Below, one piece after another: positions 49,330 through 62,560 of a stretch of DNA of 64,000 nt. The first letter of the stretch is position 1, and the number at the start of each line of letters is the position of its first letter. The notes beneath the pieces are model-generated. The model had not been told where the DNA came from. It did no database searches and saw only the letters and a program-made list of their open reading frames with translations. This stretch comes from Mobula hypostoma (Eukaryota), in contig NC_086108.1 of assembly GCF_963921235.1 (NCBI RefSeq), positions 41,790,001 to 41,854,000 of the forward strand. Direction: 5' to 3'. The position numbers were made by a program, and so were the translations under genes.

Positions 49330-50670
49330 TGCATAGGAGCAATGATTAGGCCATTCTGCCCATTTTGTCTTCTCTGCCATTCTATCATGGCTGATCTATT
49401 ATCCTTCTCAACCCCACTCTCCTGCCTTCTCCCCATGCCTAACTAATTAAGAACCTAAAACCTAAAACCTAAAACCTAAATATACCAAATGATTTGTTCT
49501 CTACAGCTATCTGTGGCAATGAATTCCACAGATCCATCACTCTCTGGCTAAAGAAGTTCTTCCTCATCTGTTCTAAATGGATGTCCCTCTATTTAGCGGC
49601 TATGTCCTCTGGTCCTAGGCTCTCCCAGTACAGGAAACATCCTCTCTACGTCCACTCTGTCTAGGCCTTTCAATATTTGATAGGTTTCAATGAGATCCCC
49701 TCCTATTCTTCTGAACTCCAGAGAGTACAGGCCCAAAGTCATCAAATACACATTATATGTTAAGCCTTTCATTCCCGGAATCATTCTCATGAACATCCTC
49801 TGGACCTTCCCCACTGACAGCATATTTTTCCTTAAAATAAGGGCCTAAAACTGCTCACTATCATCCAAGTGTAGTCTGACCAGTGCCTTATAAAGCCTCA
49901 GCTTTATATCTTTGCTTTTATATTCTAATCCTCTCAAAAGGAATGTTAACATTGTATTTTTCTTCCTTACCACAAACTCAACCAGCAAGTTAACCTTTAG
50001 GGAATCCTGCACAAGGACTCCCAAGTCCTTTTGCAACTTTGAACTTTGAATTTTTCTCCCCATTTAGAAAATAGTTTACACCTTTAATCCTTCTACCAAA
50101 GTGCATGACCGTACACTTCCTTACGCTATATTCCATCTCCCATTTCTTTGCCCATCCTCCTAATTCTGCCCAAATTCTGCTACAGACTCCCTGTTTCCTT
50201 AACTGTACCTGCCCCTCCACCAATCTTTGGGTCGTCCACAAACTTGGCCACAAAGCCATCAATTCTGTCATCCAAATCACTGTCATATAATGTGAAAAGA
50301 AGCAGTCTCAAATCCGCCCCTGCAGAACAGCACTAGTCACCGGCGGCAAAACAGAAAAGGCTCCCTTTATTCACACACTTTGCCTTGCTGGTCAGCCAAT
50401 CTTCAATCCATGCTAGGATATTTTCTGGAATACCATGGGCTCTTATCTTGTTAGGCAGTCTCATGTATGGCACCTTGTCAAATGCCTTCTGAAAATTCAA
50501 GTATACAACATCCACTAACTTTCCTTTGTCTATCTTAAGTTGTTATTTCCTCAAAGAATTCCAACAGTTTCCTGTTAAGGAAACCCTGCTGACTTTGACC
50601 TATTTTATCATATGCCTCGAAGTACCCCAAAACCTCATCCTTAATAATAGACTTCAATATCTTCCTAACT
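49330..50670 (-). mobile_element. Degenerate CR1 LINE (RT to 3' end)
   Basis: DVVYLNFQKAFDKVP, KIRAHGI, KDLGVLV, LYKALVR, GDLIETY, RTRGH. Confidence 0.9.
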
Positions 50671-53600
50671 ATGAGGCTATTTCAAAAATATTAGGGCATT
50701 TCCTTATGGCACGCAGCTACAGTAGCTCTCCAATAATTCAATGATCACTACCAAAATTGATTACTCATTTACTTCATTGAACAAATCAGCAAATTAGTTG
50801 TGATGATACTGTAATACATTTTTAAACATTTCAGAATTTTAAATAAATTATATCTATACAAGTTTGTTAATCATGCAACATGGAATGTTTAAGATAAATG
50901 ATAAAATAAATGACTAAATGCTCAATTTGCAATATTTATACATTTTAACAATTGCCTTAAAGAGCAGGTAAATAGCAATACAAGTCGTACAATCCAGTGT
51001 ACTATCTCTACAATGAACTGGATACCATTTATGTACAGGCAATTTGCACAATGCAATGGACACCAAAGCACCATCCCATGTGCATAAAAAAGAGCATTAA
51101 TAAAGAATAAAAAGGAGTATTTCAATTCTCCTGAGGTGGAAAAATACTGCACAGGCAGTGGGCCAGCGGAATAGCCCTGATTACACTATTCTGTCCAATG
51201 ATCTGCAAAAAATGTAGCAAAATTGACCATCAAAAATATTAGCCTCAAAGCAAGTCCCAGAGTGTAATATTTTGATGCAAATGAGTTGGCTAAAATTGCA
51301 TTGTCATCACATAAATGAGGCATTATTTCTCATTCATAACTTTATCCAAAACATGTATTCCTTCCCAAATCTAAGCTATAAGATATTATTTTTCCATGCT
51401 TAAGACATAGAATGAATCAATACTTTGCACTGATTTAAACTCAGTACACTTTAAGAGCTACTTTGAGAATAAAGCTGAAAATAGAGAATATTAACTTAGT
51501 AAGTCTGCTCATTCATTGTTTCATTCTTCTTGCATCTTGTCATAACGTGAATTAGGACCAAAAACTAATCTGCTTCCAATTTAATTCCATATTTCACTCC
51601 TGTCAAAACACCGTGTGGCAAGTACTGGAAGACTATCATTTTTTATTGTGAGTGTGCTACAGGACAGCTTTATTTCAAGAAGCAATTTGACACTGTGCCT
51701 ACCACCTGCAGGTCACTTAGGTCATTCACCGCTGCAGGTCCTTGCAGGTATGAAGAGCTTTTAGGCAGCAGCTCTATTTTGGTCTATAAAGTGAAAAGTA
51801 GAAAGTCATGAATCTTCTGCTTTCAAATCCACATCCACTGAAACATGACCTACAGTATAAATCATAGTATAAAAACTACGATAACTAATAACCACAGCAC
51901 TCTTTTATTGAAATTCAGATCTTCAGCACTGGTCTCTGACGCCCACCAGAAGAAAACAAAACAAGAGCATGAACTGTAAGATTTTCCTTGTCATCCAAGA
52001 AGTTTGCAGCCACCAAAGGAGGAAATTACAGTACATTGCTGACTAAAGGCTCAACAGCACATTTAGGCAAAGCTTTTTTTCTGGGATCAATAAATTAAAA
52101 CAGATTAGTTTTAAGCCCAGAAAGTTGGAAGGGTCTAGAGCAGGAGTGACTGATTTTAGGTACATGTACCATGTAAGTGACAAATCAAGCTCCCACTAAT
52201 GCACACAGACTGCAAGGTGGTAATCACATCACATTCTTGTGCTATGATTTTAAAAAGTTCTATCTATGGGGCAACAGCGACTACAATCTTGAAGCCTACT
52301 AATTACCAGACAGAACAGAAAATAAAATGAGTATGGAGTTCAGTTGGCTCTTATTTGAAACCCTGATTACCATGACCTGATTTGGCATGAACCACCCAAT
52401 GATAAGCTCCCTTTGATAAGTTTTAGAATAAGCTTCAGATACTGAGATAATTTGATCATTCTTTTTTGGAAAGTGAAGGCATTTGTTTCCACTTTAGGAT
52501 TCCTATTGTTCATTCTTGGAGTGCTGGTACTTATTACCATGTCTCTCTGAACTTGAGAAACTATTGGCAAGACTCCCAAAACCACAGAACATGTTCTACA
52601 GGTGTTCTTACGATACTGTCCAGTAGTAATGGCAAGATTTTAACCCAATATTATTGAAAAAATAGTGATTGTTCCAGATCAATATGGATTCCAACTCAGA
52701 AATTGAAGGTGATGGTGTTTCCATGTGCTGGTTCTTATATGTGTGGACATTGTGGCGCTACTGAAGAGACTCTGTCAAGTTGTTTCAGTCCGTCCTGTAG
52801 ATTAAACACACTGCAGCCGCAGCATAAAGATGGAGGTGGGGGAGGGGGAGGTTTAAGTCACCCTTGAGAGACTCTTGATTTAACTGTCTACCTTGTCCTA
52901 GAAATCTCTGACTTTCTTGAACGCTGTCCTGACCGCACCCATTCAGGCAAGTTCAGACTGTTTCTAACATATCTGTGCTTTATACAGAAGGAAAAGTTTG
53001 GGAGGTCAGGCAGTTATACCCCCGTCCCTGATATCTTCACCAGAACTGTAAAATATTATGCAAGTGCATATGAGTGGGCCTCAGTAGTTATGTTCAACAT
53101 TGTTTAACCTTCCCTGTGTGAACAGCACTCTCTTCGTCTTCTGAATTAGTCACGTAAATTTTTCAGCAGTAATCCAAAGGCTGTTGAAACCCTGAGAGTT
53201 ATGCAATGTTAGTGTCTCTTCACATTATTGGCACTTATAACATGCCTGGAACATTCACCATAAGCTGATGCAAATAGCCAACACAGGCTGGAGGCCACCT
53301 CATGTGCCTGCTGTGCCAGTCGTTCACCACTTCAATATAAAGCATCCTCAACGCTAACTCAGCAACCTTCAATCTCCAAGGCTGTATCAACTATCAAGGA
53401 TTATTGGCAGAAGTAAATGAGAGCGCATATCAGGAACAATAGGGTTGTATGAGGGATAATTCTTAACTACCGTTTACACTGATACATATAATTAATGGAG
53501 CAATGATACTCCTGCATTTGGTGCTACTGGGAGGCAGGTGGTGCAGTGAGTGTGGATTTTGTTAGAAAACAAACAGATGGTGGTAGTAAAGGTGGTAATA

Positions 53601-54099
53601 AAGATTGTGAGAGTATTAAGGTATTGGAGATGGGAGGGTGTTTCATGTGAAGGACTCATGGATGAAATTAACGGCCGTTGTGTTCAATGCTGTTCCAACA
53701 ATTCCTCATTGTTCTCCTCACCTTTCAACATCTGCTACTCAGAGGGCACTAAGAAAATCCTTTGGAATCTATCTTGTAATCACAAACAGATACTCCCAGG
53801 ACTGTAGTAGAAAGCTCCTTCTAAAAAAATCCAGATACCAGAAGCATTCTTAAGCATCCTGACATTCTGCTCAAAAATGTTCGGGGGCTGGCCCAACTCC
53901 AATTGTAAGTATCCTCTACAGCTGTAAGTAGCAGACTAATACCAGCCCTTGTCAAGCTAGCCCAGTTTGTGACTATAGGTATTAAAGAGAACTGAAGCAA
54001 GGTGAATAAATTCAGATGCTTACCAGAGCACAGAATAGTTCTGCACAGTGGATTGACTATGGTCACAAATGAATGAAACAAAGTAGTAGAAATTTCTGG

Positions 54100-55254
54100 T
54101 AAATTTAGATTTATTATTGCCACATGCACCGAGGCACAGTAAAGAACTTTGTTTTGTATGCCATCCACACAGATAATTTCAGTACAACACTGCATTGTGA
54201 TAGTACAAGGGAAAAAAATAACCAAATGCAAAATAAAGTGTTACTGCTACAGTGCAAGTGGACCATTAGGTTAAAATGAAGACTAAGATGAAGTAAATAA
54301 TTGTGAGGTTAGGAGTCCATTTTACCAAATAAGGGGACCATTCAATAGTCTTATAACAGAAGAAGCTGTTCTTGAGCCGGATGGTATGTGCTTTCGTATA
54401 CTCTGCCCGATGGGAATGAGGAGAAGAGAGAATGTCCAATGTAGCTGAGGTATTTGATTATGTGACTGCTTGAACCAAGTCAATAGAAATGTAGACAAGA
54501 GTCCACGGAGGGGAGGCTAGTTTTCATAATATGCCGAGATGTGTCCACAACTCCCTGCAGTTTCTCGCAGTTTTGAGTGAAGTAGTTGCCATACCAATCC
54601 ATCATGCATCTGGATAGGATGCTTTCTATGATGCATTAATAAAAATTGGTGAGGGTCAAAGGATATGGAAAATTTCCTTAGCCTCGTGAGAAAGCAAAGG
54701 TGCAGGTGCACTTTGTTGACCGTGGAGCTTATGTGTTGAAAAAGGTCAGGCAATTGGCAATGTTCACTTTTAGGATTTGAAGCTTTTAATCTTCTCAATC
54801 TTATGTATCACCTCCTTCCTGAAGACAACATCCAGCCCAGCTCATCTGTTTGCTGACATTGAGGGAAAAGTTTTAGGCATCACACTGTGTCACTAGGCAC
54901 TCTATCGCCCTCCTATACTCTGATTCATTGGTATTTGAGATACTGCCCACTGCCGTGGTTCTATCTACAAGCTTGTAGATGGAGTTCGAGCAGAATCTCG
55001 CCTCACAGTTGTGAATACAGGGAGTAGAGAAGGGCACTGAGAGTTGGGCACCAGTGTTGAGGATAATCATGGTGGAAATGTTGCACCTATCCTTACTGGC
55101 TTTGTCTGTTTGTCTGGAAATCAAGACTCCATTTGCAAAGGGAGGTGGTGAGTTGCAGGTCTCGGAGTTTGGATACAAGTTTGCTTGGAGTTATAGGATC
55201 AAAGGCGGAACTGAAGTCAATAAATGATAGTGTAATCTAGGTATCTTTACTGTC
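54100..55254 (-). mobile_element. Degenerate Rex1/Babar LINE 3' fragment
   Basis: LNTGA, SNSIYKLVD, NESEYRRAIECLVT, FLTRLRKF; 3' tail with AATAATAAATCTAAA. Confidence 0.8.
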
Positions 55255-56224
55255 TTTTCAGACTGACATCCATGAAAATAATGAGAACCATCCAAAAAAT
55301 GCTGATGCAATCCATAGTACTGTATGTCTTATCCTACTTTGACCTGCCCTTTAAAAAGGTGATGAAAATGTTAGTGTCCTCCCCAGTAAAGCAATATCTT
55401 AACAACGTGGATATGCCATGGATGTCACCTATTGCAGCTAATGATATGCCTTGGCTTGAGTTGAGAGACTATGGCAACTTTGAAAGTTCCACACTGAACA
55501 ATGGCTTCAGTTGTGACTACAGGTAATACCACATTTATGTTCCACACTATTTTCCTCAAGGACATTCAGGTCTCCAAAGTATTTCCCCAGAATCTTTTCT
55601 TCCCTCACCTCCCAGCTGCTTGGGTTTTCTTGGGCGTCCTCTGTGGTCCCCTCTCGTCTTTCAAAGACTAACCAGGTCACCTATGAGTGCAGCCAACCTC
55701 TCTGCAAAACAACTCAGCACCAGCAGAATTCTTTTCACAATTCAACTGTAAAACACATCAAACAAAAAAGGGAATAGGAAACTCAGTTTGGTAGTGCATG
55801 CTGTTCAGCTGCAATGCAACATGCACACAGCTTTTAATGCATCCCATGTCATCGTGTAATTTGGAAGGGCAGCAGCACCCATGCCAATCATCCACACCAG
55901 AAATACACAGTCCAGAGTTCCCTCAACTTGCAGTAATGACCTTATGTTATTTCATCAAGAAAGTTATGTATAATTTACATATGTTAATTTAAGCTTACAT
56001 TTGTAGTATACTGTGCGACTGCTGTTGCTGCAAAAAAAAAGGCTAACTTTCATGGCAGTTATACCCTGGCTATGTCTGGTCATGAAAATAAACTTGAACT
56101 AGGTTGGCTCATCAGTCTGCAGTGCAACATTAATTGAACACAAACTCTGTCATTTTGGAGCCATGAACTTCTCCATGCCCCAGAGACAATGGGGGAGTAT
56201 AGCATTTAACCACAGAAAGCACTT

Positions 56225-56308
56225 TTTTTCTCTCTCCCTCTCTCTTCTCTCTTCTTTTCTCCCTCTCCCTCCCTCCCACTCCCCTCTCTCTCTCTCTCTC
56301 TCACACAC
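56225..56308. repeat. CT-rich / (CT)n low-complexity tract
   Basis: Direct reading. Confidence 0.85.
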
Positions 56309-56349
56309 AGCTCTCGCCTTCACTTTTCACCAGAACAGGTAATAAGCAT

Positions 56350-56415
56350 TGATCTGAAATAATGACCTCCATTCTTCACAGATGCTGCCTGACCCAATGA
56401 GTATTTCCAGCAGTT
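56350..56415 (+). mobile_element. Degenerate Penelope pLTR end
   Basis: CTGAAA...CAGATGCTGCCTGACCCAATGAGTATTTCCAGCA. Confidence 0.55.
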
Positions 56416-58334
56416 TTTTTTTCCAGAATCTTTTGTTTTATTTCTTTTTGATGCAACGATTGGTTGAAGGGTTGTCAGTGTAGTGTTTAGTGAATATTTG
56501 CAGTTTGAGAACCGACTGTCCAATATTGGACAGTTTCCTGTCCTCCAGAGTTTGAGTCACTCAGGACATGCTTACTGCAGGCTGTACATTTTAACTGGCA
56601 CAGATCATATGCCTCCTTCTCCTGAGAGGGCAGAGTGCACTGGCAATCATTAGTACACGGGTGCAAGTACTGAAGAACTGGTAAGGGTATTTGAATGCTA
56701 AGCATCACTCTTGGTAAATGAGTAGCAAGTGTATTGCATAGATCAGGGGTTAGTGGTGCAGTCAGTGGAGAGAAATGGGACCCGATTATGTATCATTGAC
56801 CTTGGCCTGCACACAAGGCCAATGCTTCACCTCTGTTTGTTGGGATTGACATTGATTTCTATATTTTTCCTGTGCTGCTTGCCAACAACACGCTTGAAGG
56901 CATTTCCAACTCTATGTGTGGGAAGAGGATCTCTCTCTTCTCCTCTCCTCTAAGAGAGTCACCAGATGTGCATCAGAAAACCTGGGTATGTTTTCTTGCC
57001 ATTTCTTCCTTAACGCTGTCAGTCTCTAAACTGACTTCTGGCATCACTTGCAACCATAAAGCATCTCCCCTTTGAGTTGGAAGCCCGGTTTAATCAGTAC
57101 TGCCTAACCACTCACCAATTCAGAGCCAGTGGTTATGCACTGAGATAATCAAGAATGCTGATTCTAGTGGGTGATTGCTGATATCACAGCAATGAGGTCA
57201 CAGGACAGGCTACACGGAACTCCTGCACTAGGTCAAAAGGCTGCAGTTTCATTGCATATTGTGAACCTAGCATCCCTTATCAGCACTCCTTAATTTAACC
57301 TTCACCACAAAGGACTAAAATGAGGCTTTCTACCACATACACTTTGTAGCCTAACACTGAGCAGCAAGCCCAAGCCCGTGAGCAGTCTCAGCGTGGACAA
57401 TAAATCCAAGTCCATTGCTTTACCATGGGTAAAATGTTTTTCACCATCAGTGCAACCAAATTTCTAGGCCTGCATTTTTGACAAAAAGGCTGAAGCTGAG
57501 CATTAAACGCATTTTTTTTCCAGAAAGGACTTGCTCCCTTCGCAGGCAGCCTCTTCAAAACATGGAAAATCATTTTGTGTTACCTACGGTATGTCAACAG
57601 CCTAAATATATTACTGACTGATCATATTTTACAAGTCACAATTTTTGTAGTGTCAACCTGTCAGAGGTCAAAGGGGAAAACATGCAAGATTCCCAAATCA
57701 ATCTGGCTGTAGAAACTGTCTCATTTCATTTCAAATTACCTGCTGTGCCTGCAGTCTGGGACAAACTGCCTGCTCTCATAAAGCATGACAACTTGGGTCG
57801 AGCTAATGTGATCATTCATAATGGACAAGCCAAGTGGTACCTCCTATTAACTATTTTTAAACCAGTTCACCGAGGTACGTGATCTCTGCCAGAGGCACAA
57901 AACATAAATACACTGTTGACAGGTTAATGTCAAAGGACAACGCTAAAGGGATTTGAAACTTTGTAGCTTTATAACAAAGTTGACTCTATTTTTCTTGGCC
58001 ACACCAGGCAGATGTGATGCAGTGGAATACATACATTGATTTTTATGTTAATTAGGAAAATCAACTCTATGGACTTTTCAGTGATATATTTATATTGTCT
58101 ATGTTCCTTTATTTCTCCTGAAAACCACATATTGATTAACTAATTGATGCATTGATCAACACATCTATCTTCATTTATCAAATTGAAACTCAGATTCCAA
58201 GCAACCACCAAGTATTTTTTACTCTGGTGGGAAAACCTTGCTTACTCAAATCTTTAAACCCATTTTCCATCAGAGGCACTGTTGTGAGAATGAAATTAAC
58301 TATTTCAGAGCAAAAGACTCTTTGAAAGATATGA

Positions 58335-58872
58335 AGCAAGCTGAAGTTCCCTGACTTCATCACATCATCATCACTGAGGCCTGACACGGCCATTCTGTCA
58401 GAAGCCTTGAAGCAGGTGGTCATGGTAGGACTGGCGGTGCCCTGGGAAGACCGGACTGAGGAGGCTTTTGAGCATAGGAAAGCCAAGAGTTAGGAGCTGG
58501 TAGAGCAGTGCCAGAAACAGTGGTTGAGAGGCACCATGCAAGCCTATGAAGTTGGGGCATAGAGTTTTTCCCAGCTGCTTCTTTAGAACCTGCTCTCTCC
58601 TTGGCATGATGGGGGCTGCAAAGAAAAGGTCCGTCAGGACTGTCACAGAGGCTACTGAGTGAGCCTCCAAATGGCTATGGATCAAGAGGTGTGACCCATG
58701 GGCCATTGCTGCTGGGACATAGGCAGGGGCCTGATCAATCCTGCCTGGGTGAGAGTGCTTGATGTTGAAAGATCCGAAACATCTGATCACCTCAGATGAT
58801 GAGTCCCAACGCGTCCCAGGACAAATCTCAGCATCAGCAGCGTAACCACAGGAATAAAATCATTACGCCATC
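58335..58872 (+). mobile_element. HERO (R2-group) non-LTR retrotransposon 3' fragment with restriction-like endonuclease
   Basis: Manual translation, absent from the ORF track: KLKFPDFITSSSLRPDTAILSEALKQVVMVGLAVPWEDRTEEAFEHRKAKS*ELVEQC...EVG...EATE*ASKWLWIKR, matching the RPD...ELTVPWE...K..KY...EVG RLE pattern. Confidence 0.8.
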
Positions 58873-58885
58873 TGATGCACCATCA

Positions 58886-59122
58886 TATAACCATATAACA
58901 ATTACAGCACAGAAACAGGCCATCTCGGCCCTTCTAGTCCGTGCTGAACTCTTACTCTCACCTAGTCCCACTGACCTGCACTCAGCCCATAACCCTCCAT
59001 TCCTTTCCTGTCCGTATAGCTGTCCAATTTAACTCTAAACGACAACATCGAACCTGCCTCAACTACTTCTGCTGGAAGCTCGTTCCACACAGCTACCACT
59101 CTCTGAGTAAAGAAGTCCCCCG
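58886..59122 (-). mobile_element. CR1 3' fragment inside the Gypsy 3' LTR
   Basis: FFTQRVVAVWNELP; same family as 32540-33197. Confidence 0.9.
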
Positions 59123-59194
59123 AGACCTTGACAACATTCAGGAAGGGGCTGATAAGTAACATGTAGTGTTAGTGGATCAGCAATGACGGGCAGT

Positions 59195-59365
59195 AAGTAA
59201 GTAAAGGCATCCATTAGTCTTGCGAGACCATGAATCTGCGCCTGGAAAGTCTTCAATCTCCAGGGCGCAGGCCTGGGCAAGGTTGTGTGGAAGACCAGCA
59301 GTTGCCCATGCTGCAATCTCCCCTCTCCACGACACCAATGTTGTCCAAGGGAAGGGCATTAGGAC
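59195..59365 (+). mobile_element. Probable SINE/RTE-related repeat fragment
   Basis: GC-richer block AAAGGCATCCATTAGTCTTGCGAGACCATG...GTTGTCCAAGGGAAGGGCA; family assignment from memory only. Confidence 0.4.
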
Positions 59366-59581
59366 CCATCAATAACTCCAAAAGACCAGAAGTAGAGTAA
59401 ATACTGTAAGGCTTTTATTAGCAGTAAAATGTGACCTCGACCATGCTGAGTATCTGTCCCGGACTGAGGGAGGAGCAGTGGCACAATCGTCTTTATTCAG
59501 GGGTCTGTGGGAGGAGCCACAGGGGCAGTCAGCAGAGGGCTGTGTCCAGACAGGTAACCCAGTAACAAAATATTCACCACA

Positions 59582-59597
59582 TTCACCCCTCCTTTTT
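59582..59597 (-). promoter_or_regulatory. Polypurine tract of the Gypsy element
   Basis: Minus strand AAAAAGGAGGGGTGAA abuts the TG start of the 3' LTR. Confidence 0.85.
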
Positions 59598-59929
59598 GTA
59601 AAAAGAGTCCCGCGGGGTGAAGTGACCGACAATATTTAAAACGAGTATATTTACAGGTCAAGTCTATCAGGCGGTCGAGTCCGTCGCTGTGATCTACGTA
59701 GCACCAGCGGTGATTGCACCGGCGATGGCGGTTGTGCTGGCTCCGGCCTGACTTGAGGTGCCAGCACGTTAGGCGTCGGTAATCCCTCGTGCGTGTGCAT
59801 CGCGCCCGGTATGGGGGTGTTGTGTGGTGTCTGTGTAGGGCTTGGAGTACGTGGTGTATATATATATCGGTGGATACGGGGTTAATAGTCACCATGGGGT
59901 GTTCAGGGTAGGGGCCCAGTGCTCCTGCG

Positions 59930-62560
59930 GGCGCCAGGTCGCGGATGGAGACCGTGTCCACCCGCCCATCAGGTAAAACCACATGAGCATACTGGAGGTT
60001 CGCATGAAGTAAGTGAACCCTCACAACTATCGGGGAGTACTTATTGCTCCTCGCATGTTTCCGGAGCAGCACTGGCCCCGGGGACGTCAGCCAAGTTGGT
60101 AGGGTGGTCCCAGTGGTCGACTTTCTGGGAAAAGAAAAGAGCCGCTCATGAGGGGTGGCATTGGTGGCTGTGCATAACAGGGAGCGGATGGAGTGGAGTG
60201 CCTCGGGAAGGACCTCCTGCCAGCGAGAGACTGGCAGTCCCTTTGACCTGAGGGCTAAGAGTGTGGCTTTCTACACCGTGCCATTCTCCTTCTCTACCTG
60301 TCCATTCCCCTGGGGATTATAGCTCATGGTCTACTAGTTGCGATACCCCTAGCCGGCAGGTATTGGCGCAGCTCGTCACTCATAAACGAGGACCCTCTGT
60401 CACTGTGGATATGGCCTGGGTATCCGAACAGAGTGAAGAGCTTGCGCAGGGCTTTTATAGCTGACATGGTAGTGGTATTGGGGCAGGGGATGGCGAAGGG
60501 GAAACGTGAATACTCGTCAATAATGTTAAGAAAGTACACATTGCAGTCAGTGGAGGGAAGGGGGCCCTTAGAGTCAACACTCAGTCGCTCAAAGGGGCGG
60601 GTCGCCTTGACGAGTTGTGCTTTTTTGGGTCGGTAGAAATGCAGTTTTCACTCTGCGCAGACTTGGCATTCCCTGGTCATCGTCCTGATCTCCTCAAGGG
60701 AGTAAGGCAGGTTCCGGACTTCACAAAGTGGAAAAGCTGGGTGACCCCCGGGTGGCAAAGATCTACATGTAGGGCGTATAGCCAGTCGATCTGCGCGCTG
60801 GTGCACGTTCCCCGGGATAGGGCATCGGAGGGCTCGTTGAGCTTCCCAGGCCTGTACATGATGTCATAGTTGAAGGTGGAGAGTTCAATTCTCCACCTCA
60901 GAATTTTATCATTTTTGATTTTGCTCCGCTGTTGGTTACTAAACATGAATGCGACTGAGCGCTGGTCAGTCAGCAGGGTGAAATTTTTGCCGGCGAGATA
61001 ATGCCTCCAGTGCCTAATAGCTTCCACTATAGCCTGGGCCTCTTTCTCCACCACGGAGTGCCGAATTTCAGAGCCTTCAAGGGTACGGGAGAAGAACGCC
61101 ACCGGTCTTCCCGCCTGGTTGAGGGTAGCAGCCAATGCAAAGTCGGAGGCGTCACTCTCTACTTGGAAGGGAATGGCCTCATCCACCGCATGCATTGCTG
61201 CTTTGGCAATGTCCCCTTTAATGCAGCTGAAGGCCGCGCAGGCCTCGGCTGGGAAGGGTAATGTGGTGGACTTGACCAGGGGGCGGGCCTTGTCTGTGTA
61301 GTTAGAGACCCATTGGGTGTAATATGAAAGAAGCCCAGGCATCTCTTGAGGGCTCTGAGGGTATTGGGAAGAGGGAGTCCCAACAGGGGGCGCATACGGT
61401 CGGGGTCAGGGCCAATGACTCCGTTCTCCACGACACACCCAAGGATAGCAAGTCGGGTGGTTCCGAACACATGCCTGTCCTTGTTATAGGTGAGATTGAA
61501 AGCTTTGGCCGCTTGGAAAAATTTTTGGAGGTTGTTGTCGTGATCCTGCCAATCGTGACTGCAGATGGCGATGTTATCCAGATATGGGAACGTGGCCTCC
61601 AGTTGGCACTGGTCCACCATCCGGTCCATTTCCCTCTGGAAGACAGATACACCATTCATGACACCGAAGGGGACGTGCAAGAAGTGATAAAGCCTGCCAT
61701 TCACCTCGAAGTTGGTGTAAGGGCGGGCCTCCCAGCGAATGGGGAGCTGATGGTAAGCGGATTTTAGGTCTGTGGTTGAGTACACCTTGTACTGTGCTAT
61801 CTGATTGACCATATCTGCGATGCAGGGTAGAGGGTGCGTGTCGTGCTGCGTGAACCTATTGATGGTCTGGCAATAGTCCACGACCAGCCTATTTTTCTCC
61901 CCGTTGCGAACAACGACCACCTGTGCCCTCCAAGGACTTGTGCTTGCTTCAATGACCCCCTCCCTAAGCAGCCACTGCACCTCCAACTTAATGAAGGCTC
62001 TGTCCCCTGCGCTGTACCTCCTGCTTTTAGTTGCCACAGGTTTACAGTCGGGGTCAGGTTGGCGAACAGCAGTGGGGGAGGGATCTTGAGGGGGGAGAGG
62101 CCGCAAGTGGGGTTCGTTGTGCGGCTGTTGGCATGGTGTTGGGTGGGATGTGCGGGTTGGTGTGTGTGGGTGGTCAGTAGCGGGGTATGTGACGTATTCC
62201 TACAAAACTGAGGATTTACAACAGTGATTGGTGGGAGGGGCCCGTCATACTTCATTGTCACGCTTTTCAGGTGGCTCTGGAAGTCGAGCCCCAATAGCAC
62301 AGGGACACACAGTTGAGGCATGACCAGTAACATAAAGTCTCGATATCCTGTGCCCTGCACCACTAGTGTTGCTACACAACCCCCCCCCCACCCCCGATGT
62401 CTGTTGTATGCGACCCGGAAGCCATGGCGACCCTCTAACTTACCAGCCATATCGCGAGTCCGCAATGCTGCACTGTGTCCGGGTGGAAAAAACTCTCTGT
62501 GCTGCCCCTGTCAAACAGGCAGCTTGTCCTGTGCCCCTCCACCAGGATGTCCATCATTGA
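59930..62560 (-). pseudogene. pol: Gypsy pol (protease, RT, RNase H, integrase), frameshifted
   Basis: PR CLFDRGSTESF; RT SPWRAQVVVV, DLKSAYHQ, PFG, YLDN; RH ESDASD, EKEAQAIV, TDQ; IN HPG..CxxC, IIDEYSRF, IHSDRG. Confidence 0.92.

Larger units (their letters stand above)
58873..59581 (-). repeat. Gypsy 3' LTR (interrupted at 58886-59365)
   Basis: TGATGCACCATCA at 58873-58885 plus 59366-59581 together match 63548-63780. Confidence 0.9.

Noticed and set aside
49452..49480. (AAAACCT)n, resembling a telomeric repeat
   Set aside because: Only about 4 units inside a CR1 3' UTR and not TTAGGG; local slippage
55263..55522. 84-aa plus-strand ORF with AG and GT borders
   Set aside because: The acceptor tract is largely the edge of a Rex1 fragment, the peptide is unrecognisable, and it is on the opposite strand from the better exon candidate
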